Source: Haplodiscus bocki
Taxonomy: Eukaryota
Direction: 5' to 3'
Length of the DNA stretch: 64,000 nt
Assembly (NCBI GenBank): GCA_965655095.1
Contig: OZ296649.1
Location: 106,082,001 to 106,146,000 of the forward strand
Each line of letters begins with the position of its first letter. Positions within the stretch are counted from its first letter, which is position 1. The notes under the pieces were generated by a model that was not told the origin of the DNA, did not search any database, and saw only the letters and a list, made by a program, of their open reading frames with translations. Positions 63,488-64,000 of the stretch are shown one piece after another. Position numbers and translations under genes: made by a program.

Positions 63488-64000
63488 TCAACTCATCTGA
63501 AGATTAAAGAAATTGTCATTAAGTCACAGAAATGATCTCAGTTGGAAGCATCTTTTCACACAGGTAAGTAGGCACATAACAAAATAGTGGACCCTGACTT
63601 CAAAATTAGACATTCATTCTATTTTGAGGTCCTCGGGTCGATAAATTTGCCTAATTACTAACAATTATTTGAATCGAAAAAAAAACGTGCTAGGCTAGGC
63701 CTACTCAGACGCGGAAATTCCTCTTCTCACCGTCCTATCTCAGGAGACAACTCGAAAGTTAGAAGTAATTCCTCCAAGATGCTAAGCATAAAAGAAAGCG
63801 GCATAATTTAAACAATAATAAACAAGACATTCGGGTCATTTTCAGTCTTCCCAATTAAGAAAGAAAGTTTAATAAAACGTTATTTTTCACGATGGTGAGA
63901 CAATTGAATGCTTCAACGCTGAAAAAACGTCAAAAATTGTCTTCAATTTTTTAAAAAAAAACTCAATTTTGCACTTCAAAAAACCATTACCTTTGGAACA

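Noticed and set aside
63157-63507. His/Asn-rich plus-strand ORF and Met/Ile-rich alternative-frame ORF (likewise 48657..49067)
   Set aside because: Shadow frames of the acidic GAT/GAA-rich exon 1.

Overview
AT-rich, intron-containing eukaryotic (probably animal) genomic DNA, mostly decayed transposons. No prokaryotic operons, rRNA or CRISPR arrays are evident. (1) A full-length but inactivated Polinton/Maverick (adintovirus-like endogenous DNA virus) spans 27831-46597 (18767 bp). It has ~82-bp terminal inverted repeats, AG...CT ends and an exact 6-bp target-site duplication (CTAACG). Its frameshifted genes are all on the minus strand: a PC4-like protein, protein-primed PolB, A32-like ATPase, integrase, minor capsid, a basic core-like protein, major capsid, adenain-like protease and several orphan ORFs. 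(2) The element sits in the last exon of one member of a tandem minus-strand family of three-exon F-box genes. Copy A splices into an intact 639-aa ORF (63487-63083, 60341-59858, 57352-56322), copy B is the disrupted pseudogene, and only exon 1 of copy C is recognisable (24511-24281). The first ~22 kb holds Gypsy LTR-retrotransposon remnants, a small TIR element with AGTAGT ends and an AT-rich element fragment. MULE and hAT transposase relics lie in the introns of copy A. All family assignments come from motifs recognised by eye; no searches were run.
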